DNA of 64,000 nucleotides from positions 73,013-137,012 of the forward strand of contig JACPEK010000004.1 in assembly GCA_016183535.1 (NCBI GenBank), written 5' to 3'. The position numbers were made by a program, and so were the translations under genes. This document shows, one piece after another, positions 36,617-44,806 of the stretch. The notes beneath the pieces were generated by a model, which worked only from the letters and a program-made list of their open reading frames with translations, made no database searches and was not told the DNA's origin. This stretch comes from Candidatus Brennerbacteria bacterium. Lineage in GTDB: Bacteria; Patescibacteriota; Minisyncoccia; UBA6257; GWB1-50-10. Positions within the stretch are counted from its first letter, which is position 1. Each line of letters opens with the position of its first letter.

Positions 36617-36689
36617 TTGTGGAGATAGAGGGAATTAAACCCTCGGAGGCAACTTGATTAGGGCCGCCATCCCCGAACCTGGTATCCCC
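36617..36689 (-). ncRNA. Candidate miniature tmRNA-like RNA (tRNA-like domain only)
   Basis: GGGGATA/TATCTCC-A acceptor stem with G3.U70, CCAGGTTCG D-loop, long closed stem, T-arm GAGGG-TTTAATT-CCCTC; flanked by an 18-nt inverted repeat (36601-36618/36692-36709). Confidence 0.55.
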
Positions 36690-36750
36690 GTAATCTACCT
36701 TCAACTACTCGCTACGGGTAGCGTTGTTTAATAATTATTTTTTAGAACCC

Positions 36751-36828
36751 CGTGCTCTGCTGTCGCTAGCTCCCAAAGCTTTTTAGTGGTCTCGACCATT
36801 GACCTGCTTCGGGCGACAGCAGAGCACG
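36751..36828. ncRNA. Candidate multi-stem structured RNA
   Basis: Perfect 16-bp stem CGTGCTCTGCTGTCGC/GCGACAGCAGAGCACG enclosing hairpins AGCT-CCCAA-AGCT and GTGGT-CTCG-ACCAT. Confidence 0.5.
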
Positions 36829-36852
36829 ACGCTCTAAGGTTTTTAAATCGTG

Positions 36853-37680
36853 CTACCCCTCTCCCAATTCAAGACTTGAAGAATTAGGAGATTCGCTTTT
36901 AGGAAGATTGTCGGGAAGATGCTTATCTGCAAATTTTCGTAGTTCAGCTCTCAGATTACGCCAGTCGTCGTGTAGCGCCTCGTTATCGCCCTCGAGGATT
37001 TGATCTTTTAGCCCCGAAGGTATATTCAATACCATCCTACCTTCTGCTACGCGTATAGGCGTGAACCCTGCGCGTGTTGCGATTTCTTCCAGCTGTTTGG
37101 AGGTTTGACGAGGCGCTTCATTATTTTTTGCGAGTGAACGAACGGACATCGACGGACGTAATTGTATGTATTGACCGTTTCCCGTATCAGTCATAATACC
37201 AACAAGCTTCGCGTTTTCTTTTACGATTTTCAATGCTTCGTCAGTACGATCTTGCGGAACGCCAAGTTGATTGAGCACGTTCTTCGCGATGTCATCCTTC
37301 GGAAATTTTGAGCCATCGTATTTTTCATAGAAATTCTTTAGTATCTTGGGACGAAGTAGTGCTGTAATCAAACCCTCTTGTCCGACTCCTTCTTCGGTGG
37401 GACTCACAATTTGTCTTCCAAGCGTAGTAAGAGATATGGAGGAAGCTCCGTACGCGTTGTCAGTTATTCCGTAAGCAACTGCCGCCCCAGTTAAAAATCG
37501 CCAACTGGAACTGGTTGGGGAACGATTTATTGACGTTGCCAGGTCAATCGGCGTGGCATTTTTGCTCGCAAAGTTATCTCTAAGTGATTCCGCGAGAGTA
37601 ACTACATCCCTTAACATCGAGCGTGGCATCTCCCCTTGGGACAAACGGCTACTTTTTTTCTCGGCGTTTTCGTTGCTCAT
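36853..37680 (-). CDS. Hypothetical protein, putative winged-helix (DUF5343-like) N-terminal region
   Basis: Start MSNENAEKK (ATG 37680). 'TPIDLA..SPTSSSWR..GAAVAYGIT..ISLTTLGRQIVSP..LLRPKIL..FYEKYDG..PKDDIAKNVL' resembles N-termini of TIR-type nucleotide-binding proteins; AT-richer than core genes. Confidence 0.6.
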   Translation of the reverse strand: MSNENAEKKSSRLSQGEMPRSMLRDVVTLAESLRDNFASKNATPIDLATSINRSPTSSSWRFLTGAAVAYGITDNAYGASSISLTTLGRQIVSPTEEGVGQEGLITALLRPKILKNFYEKYDGSKFPKDDIAKNVLNQLGVPQDRTDEALKIVKENAKLVGIMTDTGNGQYIQLRPSMSVRSLAKNNEAPRQTSKQLEEIATRAGFTPIRVAEGRMVLNIPSGLKDQILEGDNEALHDDWRNLRAELRKFADKHLPDNLPKSESPNSSSLELGEG

Positions 37681-37967
37681 ATTATCTATACGGTAGCTGA
37701 TTACTAGTTTAACTGCAAGGGGCATATTCGGCAATTCGTGGATAGCATAAAGTACTGTAAAAACGCAGTAAATATGGGCATTTTCACTGAAAATCTCAAA
37801 ATCTGGTGATTCGTCTGTTTGAGTTATCCACTCTACTAACCCACCGTTATTTTGTAGAAACCATGCTACAAGTGTCATTTTCCTTTGATTCGTTCTCGCT
37901 TGATCCGCGCGAGAACAGAGTTGCGGCACTATTTATTTACCCTCCCCAGTGCGATAGAGTGAATGAA

Positions 37968-39563
37968 ATGATACGCGACGAGGTTCTGAAGGCCATCAAA
38001 AAACACATTCCGAAGGACGTGCCCGTAACACTCTCCGTTCCGGAAGATTCGCGCTTTGGCCACTACGCGACGAATGTGGCGTTTGCGCTCTCCAAAAAAG
38101 AAAGCAAGCCGCCGCTCGCGATAGCGGAGCACATCGCGTCCGCCGTCACGGGTTCAAAGCCCCCAGTTATTAGTCGAGCAACCGCCGCCGCGCCGGGATT
38201 CGTCAATTTTTTCATTAAGCCCGAGGCGCTTCAGGGCGAGCTGAACGAAATCGCGAAAGCGAAGAAAAAATACGGAGTTTCAAAAGAGCGGAAGGGTGAA
38301 AAGATGCAGGTAGAGTTCGTTTCCGCAAACCCTACCGGTCCCCTCACACTTGCGAACGGCAGGGGGGGATTCTTGGGCGATGTGCTCGCGAACGTACTTG
38401 AAGCCGCGGGTGCGTCCGTAGAGCGCGAATTCTATGTGAACGATACCGGCAATCAGATCTTCACGCTCGGGAAATCACTCCTCGCGGCGGGAGGATTTGT
38501 GCCCGATGAGGAGAATTTATACAAAGGCGAGTACGTGTCCGAATGGGCCACGAAGCATAAAACGGATGTGAAGAAGTTCCGCGGCGACCCAATGAAGCTT
38601 GGCGAACGCGCGGCGAAGGACTTTCTGAAACTCATACAGCGCGCATTGGAGAAAGAGGCGCACATCAAATTTGACCGGTACACGTCGGAGAAGGCCATAC
38701 ACGCGAAAGGGTACGCAAAGAAAGCGCTCGCGCTCTTCAAAAAGAAAGGCGCGACGTACGAGAGCGAAGGTGCCGTGTGGCTCAAAACCACCGCGCATGG
38801 CGACGACAAGGACCGCGTGGTCATCACGAAAGGCGGCTTCCCGACCTATTTCCTCGCGGACGCCGGCCACTACCTTGAGACCAAGGCGCGCGGATTCAAA
38901 GCGAAGATAAACATACTGGGGCCCGACCACTACGGATATGTGGCGCGCATACAAGCGGCGGCGAAGCTCGTAGGACTCCCGAAGTCGGACGTGCTCATCA
39001 CGCAGGCGGTGCGCCTCATCCGGGGCGGCGAGGAGGTGAAGATGTCCAAGCGGAAGGGGAACTTCGTGACGTTTGAAGAGGTGGTGGAGGAGGTAGGCGC
39101 CGACGCCGCGCGCTTCTTCTTCCTCTCCGTATCGCCCACGTCGCACCTAGACTTCAACCTGGACCTCGCCAAGGAGCGTTCCAAGAAGAACCCGGTGTAT
39201 TATGCCCAATACGCATTGGTACGAGCCAAAGGCGTATTGGGCAAAGTTCAAATATCAAAATCCAAATTTCAAAAGAATTCCGATTTGTCTTTGCTTAATA
39301 CATTAGACGACGCGGCGCTCCTTTTTCAACTCTCGCGGTTTCCGGAAGTGCTCGCGGATGCCGCGGCAACCTACGAGGTCCACCGGCTCACGCAATACGC
39401 CTCAACCCTCGCCCGCGCCTTCCATAATTTCTACGAAAAGGAGCACGTGCTAGGCGAAGTCCCCGCGCTCGCCGCCGCCCGCCTCGCGCTCGTCCGGGGG
39501 AGTATGGTGATATTCGAAAACCTCTTCCGCATCCTTAGCATCTCCGCGCCGGAGAAAATGTAA
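37968..39563 (+). CDS. argS: Arginine--tRNA ligase
   Basis: 'FGHYATNVA', 'EFVSANPTGPL', 'YVNDTGNQ', 'GPDHYGY', 'KMSKRKG', 'NPVYYAQYA', C-terminal 'APEKM'; start ATG 37968. Confidence 0.97.
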   Translation: MIRDEVLKAIKKHIPKDVPVTLSVPEDSRFGHYATNVAFALSKKESKPPLAIAEHIASAVTGSKPPVISRATAAAPGFVNFFIKPEALQGELNEIAKAKKKYGVSKERKGEKMQVEFVSANPTGPLTLANGRGGFLGDVLANVLEAAGASVEREFYVNDTGNQIFTLGKSLLAAGGFVPDEENLYKGEYVSEWATKHKTDVKKFRGDPMKLGERAAKDFLKLIQRALEKEAHIKFDRYTSEKAIHAKGYAKKALALFKKKGATYESEGAVWLKTTAHGDDKDRVVITKGGFPTYFLADAGHYLETKARGFKAKINILGPDHYGYVARIQAAAKLVGLPKSDVLITQAVRLIRGGEEVKMSKRKGNFVTFEEVVEEVGADAARFFFLSVSPTSHLDFNLDLAKERSKKNPVYYAQYALVRAKGVLGKVQISKSKFQKNSDLSLLNTLDDAALLFQLSRFPEVLADAAATYEVHRLTQYASTLARAFHNFYEKEHVLGEVPALAAARLALVRGSMVIFENLFRILSISAPEKM

Positions 39564-39608
39564 CGTTATAGAGAAAATGTCTCCGTTACCTTTTTACCAC
39601 AAAGAGCT

Positions 39609-39646
39609 AAAACAGGGTGCTATACTTTAGTATAGCACCCTGTTTT
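39609..39646. repeat. CTATACT-N2-AGTATAG family palindrome, probable bidirectional terminator
   Basis: AAAACAGGGTGCTATACT-TT-AGTATAGCACCCTGTTTT between the convergent argS and CaCA genes. Confidence 0.85.
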
Positions 39647-39737
39647 ATTTTATCTCCCAAAGGAACGCGCGTGAAGTTTCGGGGGGTTGTGGTGCGTGGA
39701 ATGGATTAGACGGCGAACGTTGTAGCCTGAAATTTGA

Positions 39738-40670
39738 CTACGCGACAAATATTAGCATTTGGAGAGCGACGAAGAGCACATAGAACACAATAAGAGCGAC
39801 ACCTTCAAGGCGCGTGAGCCTCCTTTCGGTCTCATAGAAGCGGTTTAGGACCGCGAGGAGGATGAGCGTGAAGATGAGGAGAAGGTAGTACGGGGGGCCC
39901 ACCTCGGCGGTAAAGGGTTTTATGAGTGCGAATATGCCAACGATCGCCGGATTTGCGATCGCGGATCCTACAAGATTTGAAAGTGAGAGTTCTTCGACAT
40001 TCCGCCGCCACGAACGGATGGCGACGATAATCTCCGGGAGGTTCGTGCCAATCGAGAAAAGCACGAGGCCGATAACGAATGGGGAGATATTGAGACCGCG
40101 CGTGAGGAGGAGCGTTGCTTGAATGATGTAATGGGAGAGTACGAGCACGGCGGCGATCCCGATCAATATAAAAAGCGTTTTTCCGGCGATGCCACGGATG
40201 GTATCGTGCCGTTCGAACTTTTCGTGCGGTCCCCGCGCCAAGAGATACCAGAGCACCAGTCCGTAGCCGATGATGATGGCCGCTCCGTCGATGCGGCTTA
40301 TGGCGCCGTCCGCGCCGAGTAAGAGCGGTGCCATAATGAAGATCACGACAGGGAGGAAGCTTCCCGCTCGCGCGTTCGTGGCGATTGAGCGGTTCATAAC
40401 AACCGAAACGCCGAGCACGAGACCGAAGACGACGATAATCCCGCCGAGAAGGTTGCCAAGCGAGAGCGCGCGGAGGTTGAGGAGGAGCGAATTTGCGCCG
40501 ACCGCGAGTTCGGGGAGCGAGGTCAAAAACCCGAGGACGATGCCGAGGGAGAAAATTTTCACGCCGAGCGCCTCTCCGAGGCGCCGGACGTTTATCACCA
40601 CAAGATCGGCGGATTTGCCGAGAAGATAAAAGAGAATAATGAGCGCGATCGAAAGACCTGGTATTTCCAT
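39738..40670 (-). CDS. Sodium:calcium antiporter (CaCA family)
   Basis: Two alpha repeats: 'GFLTSLPEL..GNLLG' and 'SIGTNLPE..SNLVGSAIAN'. Confidence 0.92.
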   Translation of the reverse strand: MEIPGLSIALIILFYLLGKSADLVVINVRRLGEALGVKIFSLGIVLGFLTSLPELAVGANSLLLNLRALSLGNLLGGIIVVFGLVLGVSVVMNRSIATNARAGSFLPVVIFIMAPLLLGADGAISRIDGAAIIIGYGLVLWYLLARGPHEKFERHDTIRGIAGKTLFILIGIAAVLVLSHYIIQATLLLTRGLNISPFVIGLVLFSIGTNLPEIIVAIRSWRRNVEELSLSNLVGSAIANPAIVGIFALIKPFTAEVGPPYYLLLIFTLILLAVLNRFYETERRLTRLEGVALIVFYVLFVALQMLIFVA

Positions 40671-40719
40671 TTAAAAATAGTAGCAAGGAAGCGGGTTTTT
40701 CGCTATAATTGGAATATTG

Positions 40720-43700
40720 ATGTTTCGCAATCTAAAAGAATTTTCGCTCCCGGCGGTGGAAGAAAAAGTGCTCGCCTACTGGCGGGCGAATCGCGTTTTT
40801 GAGGCGTCGCTCGCGAAGACCGCGAAGGGAAAACAGTTCGTGTTCTATGAAGGTCCGCCGACCGCGAACGGCAGGCCCGGCATCCACCACGTGCTCGCGC
40901 GCGCCTTCAAAGACATCATTCCGCGCTACAAAACGATGCGAGGGTTCCATGTGCCGCGCCGCGGCGGGTGGGACACGCACGGACTCCCCGTGGAGATCGA
41001 GGTGGAAAAAGCGCTTGGGTTGAAATCAAAAAAAGAGATAGAGAAGTTCGGTATCGCGGCATTCAACGCGCAGTGTAAGGAGTCGGTGTGGAAGTACAAA
41101 GACGAGTGGGAGCGGCTCACCGAGCGGATGGGGTTCTGGCTCGACATGAACCACCCCTACATCACGTATGAGAACCGCTATATGGAGGCGGTGTGGGGGA
41201 TATTGAAGAAAGTGTGGGAGAAGAAATTGCTCTACCGCGGCCACAAGGTGGTGCCGTGGTGCCCGCGTTGCGGCACTGGATTATCTTCGCACGAGCTCGC
41301 GCTCGGATATGAAACAGTGGAAGACACGTCGGTCTACGTGAAATTTAAGTTGAAAGTAAACAATGAAAAAAGAGGAGTAACACAAATCGGAAATCGCGAG
41401 TATAAAGATATTTATATTTTGTCGTGGACTACGACGCCGTGGACCTTGTCGGGGAACGTTGCGCTCGCGGTTGGAAAAGATATCGAATATGCGATCACTG
41501 AAAGAGGCAAGGAAACATGGATAGTTGCCGAAAGCTCGCCGTTAGGAAAGGAGCTCGGTCATATTTCTCTTGTAAGAGGGGAGGAGCTTGTTGGTTTGGA
41601 ATACGAGCCGCTATTTGACGTGCCTTCGCTTAGATCAAAAACTTCGTACCAGGTGTACCCCGCGGACTTCGTGACCACCGAGGACGGTACCGGTGTGGTG
41701 CACACCGCGGTCATGTACGGCGAGGAGGATTACCAGCTTGGCGTAAAAGTAGGGCTTCCCATGCGCCACACGGTGGACGAGGCGGGAAAGTTCACAAAAG
41801 AGGTAAAAGGATTTGAGGGAATGTTTGTGAAAGCGCCAGAAACCGAGAAGAAAATCATTGATTACCTACAAACTACCCACCATTTACTACGTACTGAACC
41901 CTATTCGCACGAGTATCCGTTTTGTTGGCGTTGTCAGACACCGCTCCTCTACTACGCGCGTGATTCGTGGTTTATCGCGATGTCGAAACTTCGCGACGAG
42001 CTTCTTCGAGAGAACAAGAAAATCAACTGGGTTCCCGCGCATCTACGGGACGGACGTTTCGGCGAGTGGCTCCGCGAGGTAAAGGATTGGGCCATCTCCC
42101 GCGCGCGCTATTGGGGAACGCCACTTCCCATCTGGGAGTGTGAAAAGTGCGAAGCGCGAGAGGTGATAGGAAGCATGGAAGAGCTCCAAACGCGCGCGGC
42201 TGCCGGCAATAGATTTATTTTTATGCGCCATGGTGAGGCGGACCACAACGTACTTAATCTCTGCGGGACCTACGAGGACACTCGTTTATTCACCTCGCGC
42301 CTCACGAAAAAAGGAGCGGTGACGGTGCGAAAAACCGCGATGGCGATGAGAAAGGAAAAAGTGGATTACATCGTAACCTCGCAGCTCGCGCGCGCGAAGG
42401 AAACCGCGGCTATTCTCAAAGAAGTATTGGGCGGCACGATTGTGGTGGAGTCGGGATTGCGCGAAATGAACAGCGGGAATTTCGCGGGAAAACCGGTAGA
42501 AGATTTCTTTAAGCTTTTCAAGAGCAAACGCGAGATGTTCGCTAAAAATCCTCACGGCGGCGAAACATGGGACGATGTGCGGAAGCGCGCGTGGGGAGCG
42601 TTTCGTTCGCTTAATAGGCGTTATAAGGGAAAAATAATCGTGGTAGTGGGACACGGCGATCCGCTTTGGATTTTGAAGGGTGCCCTGGAAGGCGTGACGA
42701 ACGATGAGCAACTTACCCTCCCATATCCGAAGACGGGCGTGCGGTACGGAGTGAGAACCGGCGCCTTGCCGCGCGATGCCGAGGGGCGCGTGGATCTCCA
42801 CCGGCCGTATGTGGACGATCTTGCGCTTGCATGTGAAAAGTGCGAGGGAACCATGAAACGCGTGCCGGAGGTCTTGGATGTATGGTTCGACTCGGGCGCA
42901 ATGCCGTTCGCGGCGAATAAGTCATTCACCGCTCAATTTAAGATTGAAAAGTTGAAGGATTATCCAGCGGACTACATCAGCGAGGGCGTGGATCAGACGC
43001 GCGGGTGGTTCTACACCTTGCACGCAATCGGCGCTTTGATGGGTAAGGGCCGCGCGTATAAGAATGTGATCTCGCTTGGGCTCGTGCTTGATAAGAACGG
43101 CCAGAAGATGTCGAAGTCCAAAGGGAACACCGTAGACCCGTGGGCGATGATACAGAAATACGGCATCGATGCGGTGCGCTGGTACCTCTACACCGTGAAT
43201 CCGGCGGGCGAGCCGAAGAAATTCGACGAAGCTGAAATAGGAAAGACACTCCGGCAGTTCCTCATGATGGTCTATAACTCGTGGCTTTTTTACAAAACAT
43301 ACGCATTAAAAAATCCAAATTCCAAAATCCAAATGCCAAAATCGTCCAACGTGTTGGATAAATGGGTGATCGCACGATTGGAGGAGGCAAAAGATGCGGC
43401 AACGGAGTCGCTTGAATCATATGAAGTGGGGGATGCGGCGCGCGCGATAGAAGCGTTCGCGGGCAATCTTTCGCGCTGGTACATTCGCTGCTCGCGTCGC
43501 CGGTTTCAGCCTGCCCGCATTGCTACGCAAAGCGTTGCAGGCGGGAAACCGGATCCGTCTGCTGATGGAGAAAAAGACTACCACGCGGCGTCAGGGACGC
43601 TCGGATACGTGCTCCTAGAGCTCACCAAGCTTATGGCGCCGTTCACGCCGTTCTTTGCGGAAGCGCTGTATCTCTCGCTCGCGCCGAACAAGAAAGGAGC

Positions 43701-44280
43701 GGTCGAGAGCGTGCATTTGGAAGGCTGGCCGAAGATTGACTCAAAAATAAAAATCAAAAACCAAAAGCTATTGGAAGCGATGGAGGAGGTGCGGCGATTG
43801 GCAAGTAAGGGGCTCGCGATACGCGCGGAGAAAGGCATCAAGGTACGCCAGCCGCTCGCTTCGCTCAAGCTAAAAACTAATAACTTACAACTAAAAACCA
43901 GCAAAGAATTCCTTGCGATCCTTGCGGATGAAGTGAATGTGAAAAAGGTGGTCGTGGATACGAAGCTGAAGGAAGAATTGGTGCTCGATACGAACATCAC
44001 TCACGAGCTTCTAGAGGAAGGGTGGTTCCGCGAGCTCGTGCGCACAGTGCAGGGGATGCGGCAGGACGCGAAACTAACGCCCAAGGATACGATTACGGTT
44101 TATTGCGAGGCGGGAGAAGAACTTACGCACGTACTCCGCGCGCGCGAAAAAAAATTCAAGCGCGAGGTGAACGCGAAATCGGTGGAATTTTCAAAAAATC
44201 ACAAACACAACGTTGAGCTCCAAACAAAAATAGGGAATTTCCCCGCATGGTTCGCCGTACGAAAAAACGGCTCGCGGTGA
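40720..44280 (+). CDS. ileS: Isoleucine--tRNA ligase (type 2) with inserted histidine phosphatase domain
   Basis: 'EGPPTANGRPGIHH', 'GWDTHGLPVE', 'WTTTPWTL', 'DGTGVVH', 'DWAISRARYWGTPLP', 'DQTRGWFY', 'KMSKS'; RHGE domain at about 42208-42760. Confidence 0.96.
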   Translation: MFRNLKEFSLPAVEEKVLAYWRANRVFEASLAKTAKGKQFVFYEGPPTANGRPGIHHVLARAFKDIIPRYKTMRGFHVPRRGGWDTHGLPVEIEVEKALGLKSKKEIEKFGIAAFNAQCKESVWKYKDEWERLTERMGFWLDMNHPYITYENRYMEAVWGILKKVWEKKLLYRGHKVVPWCPRCGTGLSSHELALGYETVEDTSVYVKFKLKVNNEKRGVTQIGNREYKDIYILSWTTTPWTLSGNVALAVGKDIEYAITERGKETWIVAESSPLGKELGHISLVRGEELVGLEYEPLFDVPSLRSKTSYQVYPADFVTTEDGTGVVHTAVMYGEEDYQLGVKVGLPMRHTVDEAGKFTKEVKGFEGMFVKAPETEKKIIDYLQTTHHLLRTEPYSHEYPFCWRCQTPLLYYARDSWFIAMSKLRDELLRENKKINWVPAHLRDGRFGEWLREVKDWAISRARYWGTPLPIWECEKCEAREVIGSMEELQTRAAAGNRFIFMRHGEADHNVLNLCGTYEDTRLFTSRLTKKGAVTVRKTAMAMRKEKVDYIVTSQLARAKETAAILKEVLGGTIVVESGLREMNSGNFAGKPVEDFFKLFKSKREMFAKNPHGGETWDDVRKRAWGAFRSLNRRYKGKIIVVVGHGDPLWILKGALEGVTNDEQLTLPYPKTGVRYGVRTGALPRDAEGRVDLHRPYVDDLALACEKCEGTMKRVPEVLDVWFDSGAMPFAANKSFTAQFKIEKLKDYPADYISEGVDQTRGWFYTLHAIGALMGKGRAYKNVISLGLVLDKNGQKMSKSKGNTVDPWAMIQKYGIDAVRWYLYTVNPAGEPKKFDEAEIGKTLRQFLMMVYNSWLFYKTYALKNPNSKIQMPKSSNVLDKWVIARLEEAKDAATESLESYEVGDAARAIEAFAGNLSRWYIRCSRRRFQPARIATQSVAGGKPDPSADGEKDYHAASGTLGYVLLELTKLMAPFTPFFAEALYLSLAPNKKGAVESVHLEGWPKIDSKIKIKNQKLLEAMEEVRRLASKGLAIRAEKGIKVRQPLASLKLKTNNLQLKTSKEFLAILADEVNVKKVVVDTKLKEELVLDTNITHELLEEGWFRELVRTVQGMRQDAKLTPKDTITVYCEAGEELTHVLRAREKKFKREVNAKSVEFSKNHKHNVELQTKIGNFPAWFAVRKNGSR
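43510..43545. repeat. REP-like repeat inserted in-frame in ileS (encodes PARIATQSVAGG)
   Basis: 36-nt copy of the repeat at 33848-33892. Confidence 0.85.
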
Positions 44281-44292
44281 GCCATTTTTTCG
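44260..44292. terminator. Bidirectional terminator at the ileS end
   Basis: CGAAAAAACGGCTC-GCGGT-GAGCCATTTTTTCG. Confidence 0.6.
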
Positions 44293-44296
44293 TTTC

Positions 44297-44467
44297 TTAC
44301 GATTCTTTTCTCTTCTCCTGTTTGTCCTCGATGTATTTCTGCATCTCGGCTTGCGTTTCGAATGATTCTACAAGGCCAGTATCGGGATCGACCGCGTGAT
44401 AAGGTAGCGCTTCTTTTTTCTTGACGACGTCCGTTTCTTCTTTTGCGTTAAGATCGAATTTTTCCAT
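44297..44467 (-). CDS. Small charged hypothetical protein (56 aa)
   Basis: Read by hand: MEKFDLNAKEETDVVKKKEALPYHAVDPDTGLVESFETQAEMQKYIEDKQEKRKES; below track cutoff. Confidence 0.6.
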   Translation of the reverse strand: MEKFDLNAKEETDVVKKKEALPYHAVDPDTGLVESFETQAEMQKYIEDKQEKRKES

Positions 44468-44518
44468 AACAATCTGTTTTGTTTTTTCAATCGTATGAAG
44501 CGACCTTTCTTTTGATAA

Positions 44519-44758
44519 TTAATCTATCCAGCGGGTTACGAGCCGCCCCTCTTTGTCTCTGAACTTCCCAAGTACGATAAAGATAAAATCAATAAATGTC
44601 CAGACCCCGAGGCCGCCCACGGTGAGGATCATAAGGATTCCCGTGCCGATCTTTCCCGCGTAGAAACGGTGAACGCCGAGAAACCCGAAAAAGCCGCAAA
44701 AGAGCGCGGCCGCGAGACGGAGCTTCGGCGAGGCATTTATTTCATGTCGGTGTTCCAT
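44519..44758 (-). CDS. TM2 domain-containing protein
   Basis: 'FFGFLGVHRFYAGKIGTGILMILTVGGLGVW..ID..G.FRD.EG'. Confidence 0.92.
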   Translation of the reverse strand: MEHRHEINASPKLRLAAALFCGFFGFLGVHRFYAGKIGTGILMILTVGGLGVWTFIDFIFIVLGKFRDKEGRLVTRWID

Positions 44759-44776
44759 ACTGTTCACGGTAGCACG

Positions 44777-44806
44777 TAGCTTGCTATACTTAAGTATAGC
44801 AAGCTA
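44777..44806. repeat. Perfect 30-bp palindrome (CTATACT-TA-AGTATAG family)
   Basis: TAGCTTGCTATACTTAAGTATAGCAAGCTA; overlaps the trpS stop. Confidence 0.9.

Noticed and set aside
36617-36689. Calling the tRNA-like element a canonical tRNA
   Set aside because: It has no D-stem, no 5-bp/7-nt anticodon arm and a non-standard T-loop, so it is reported as TLD-like instead.
37681-37967. Overlapping N-terminal extensions of argS and the DUF5343-like ORF; single TTATCCACT at ~37824
   Set aside because: The extensions are non-conserved open frames in an AT-rich divergent intergenic region; one mismatched DnaA box is not meaningful alone.
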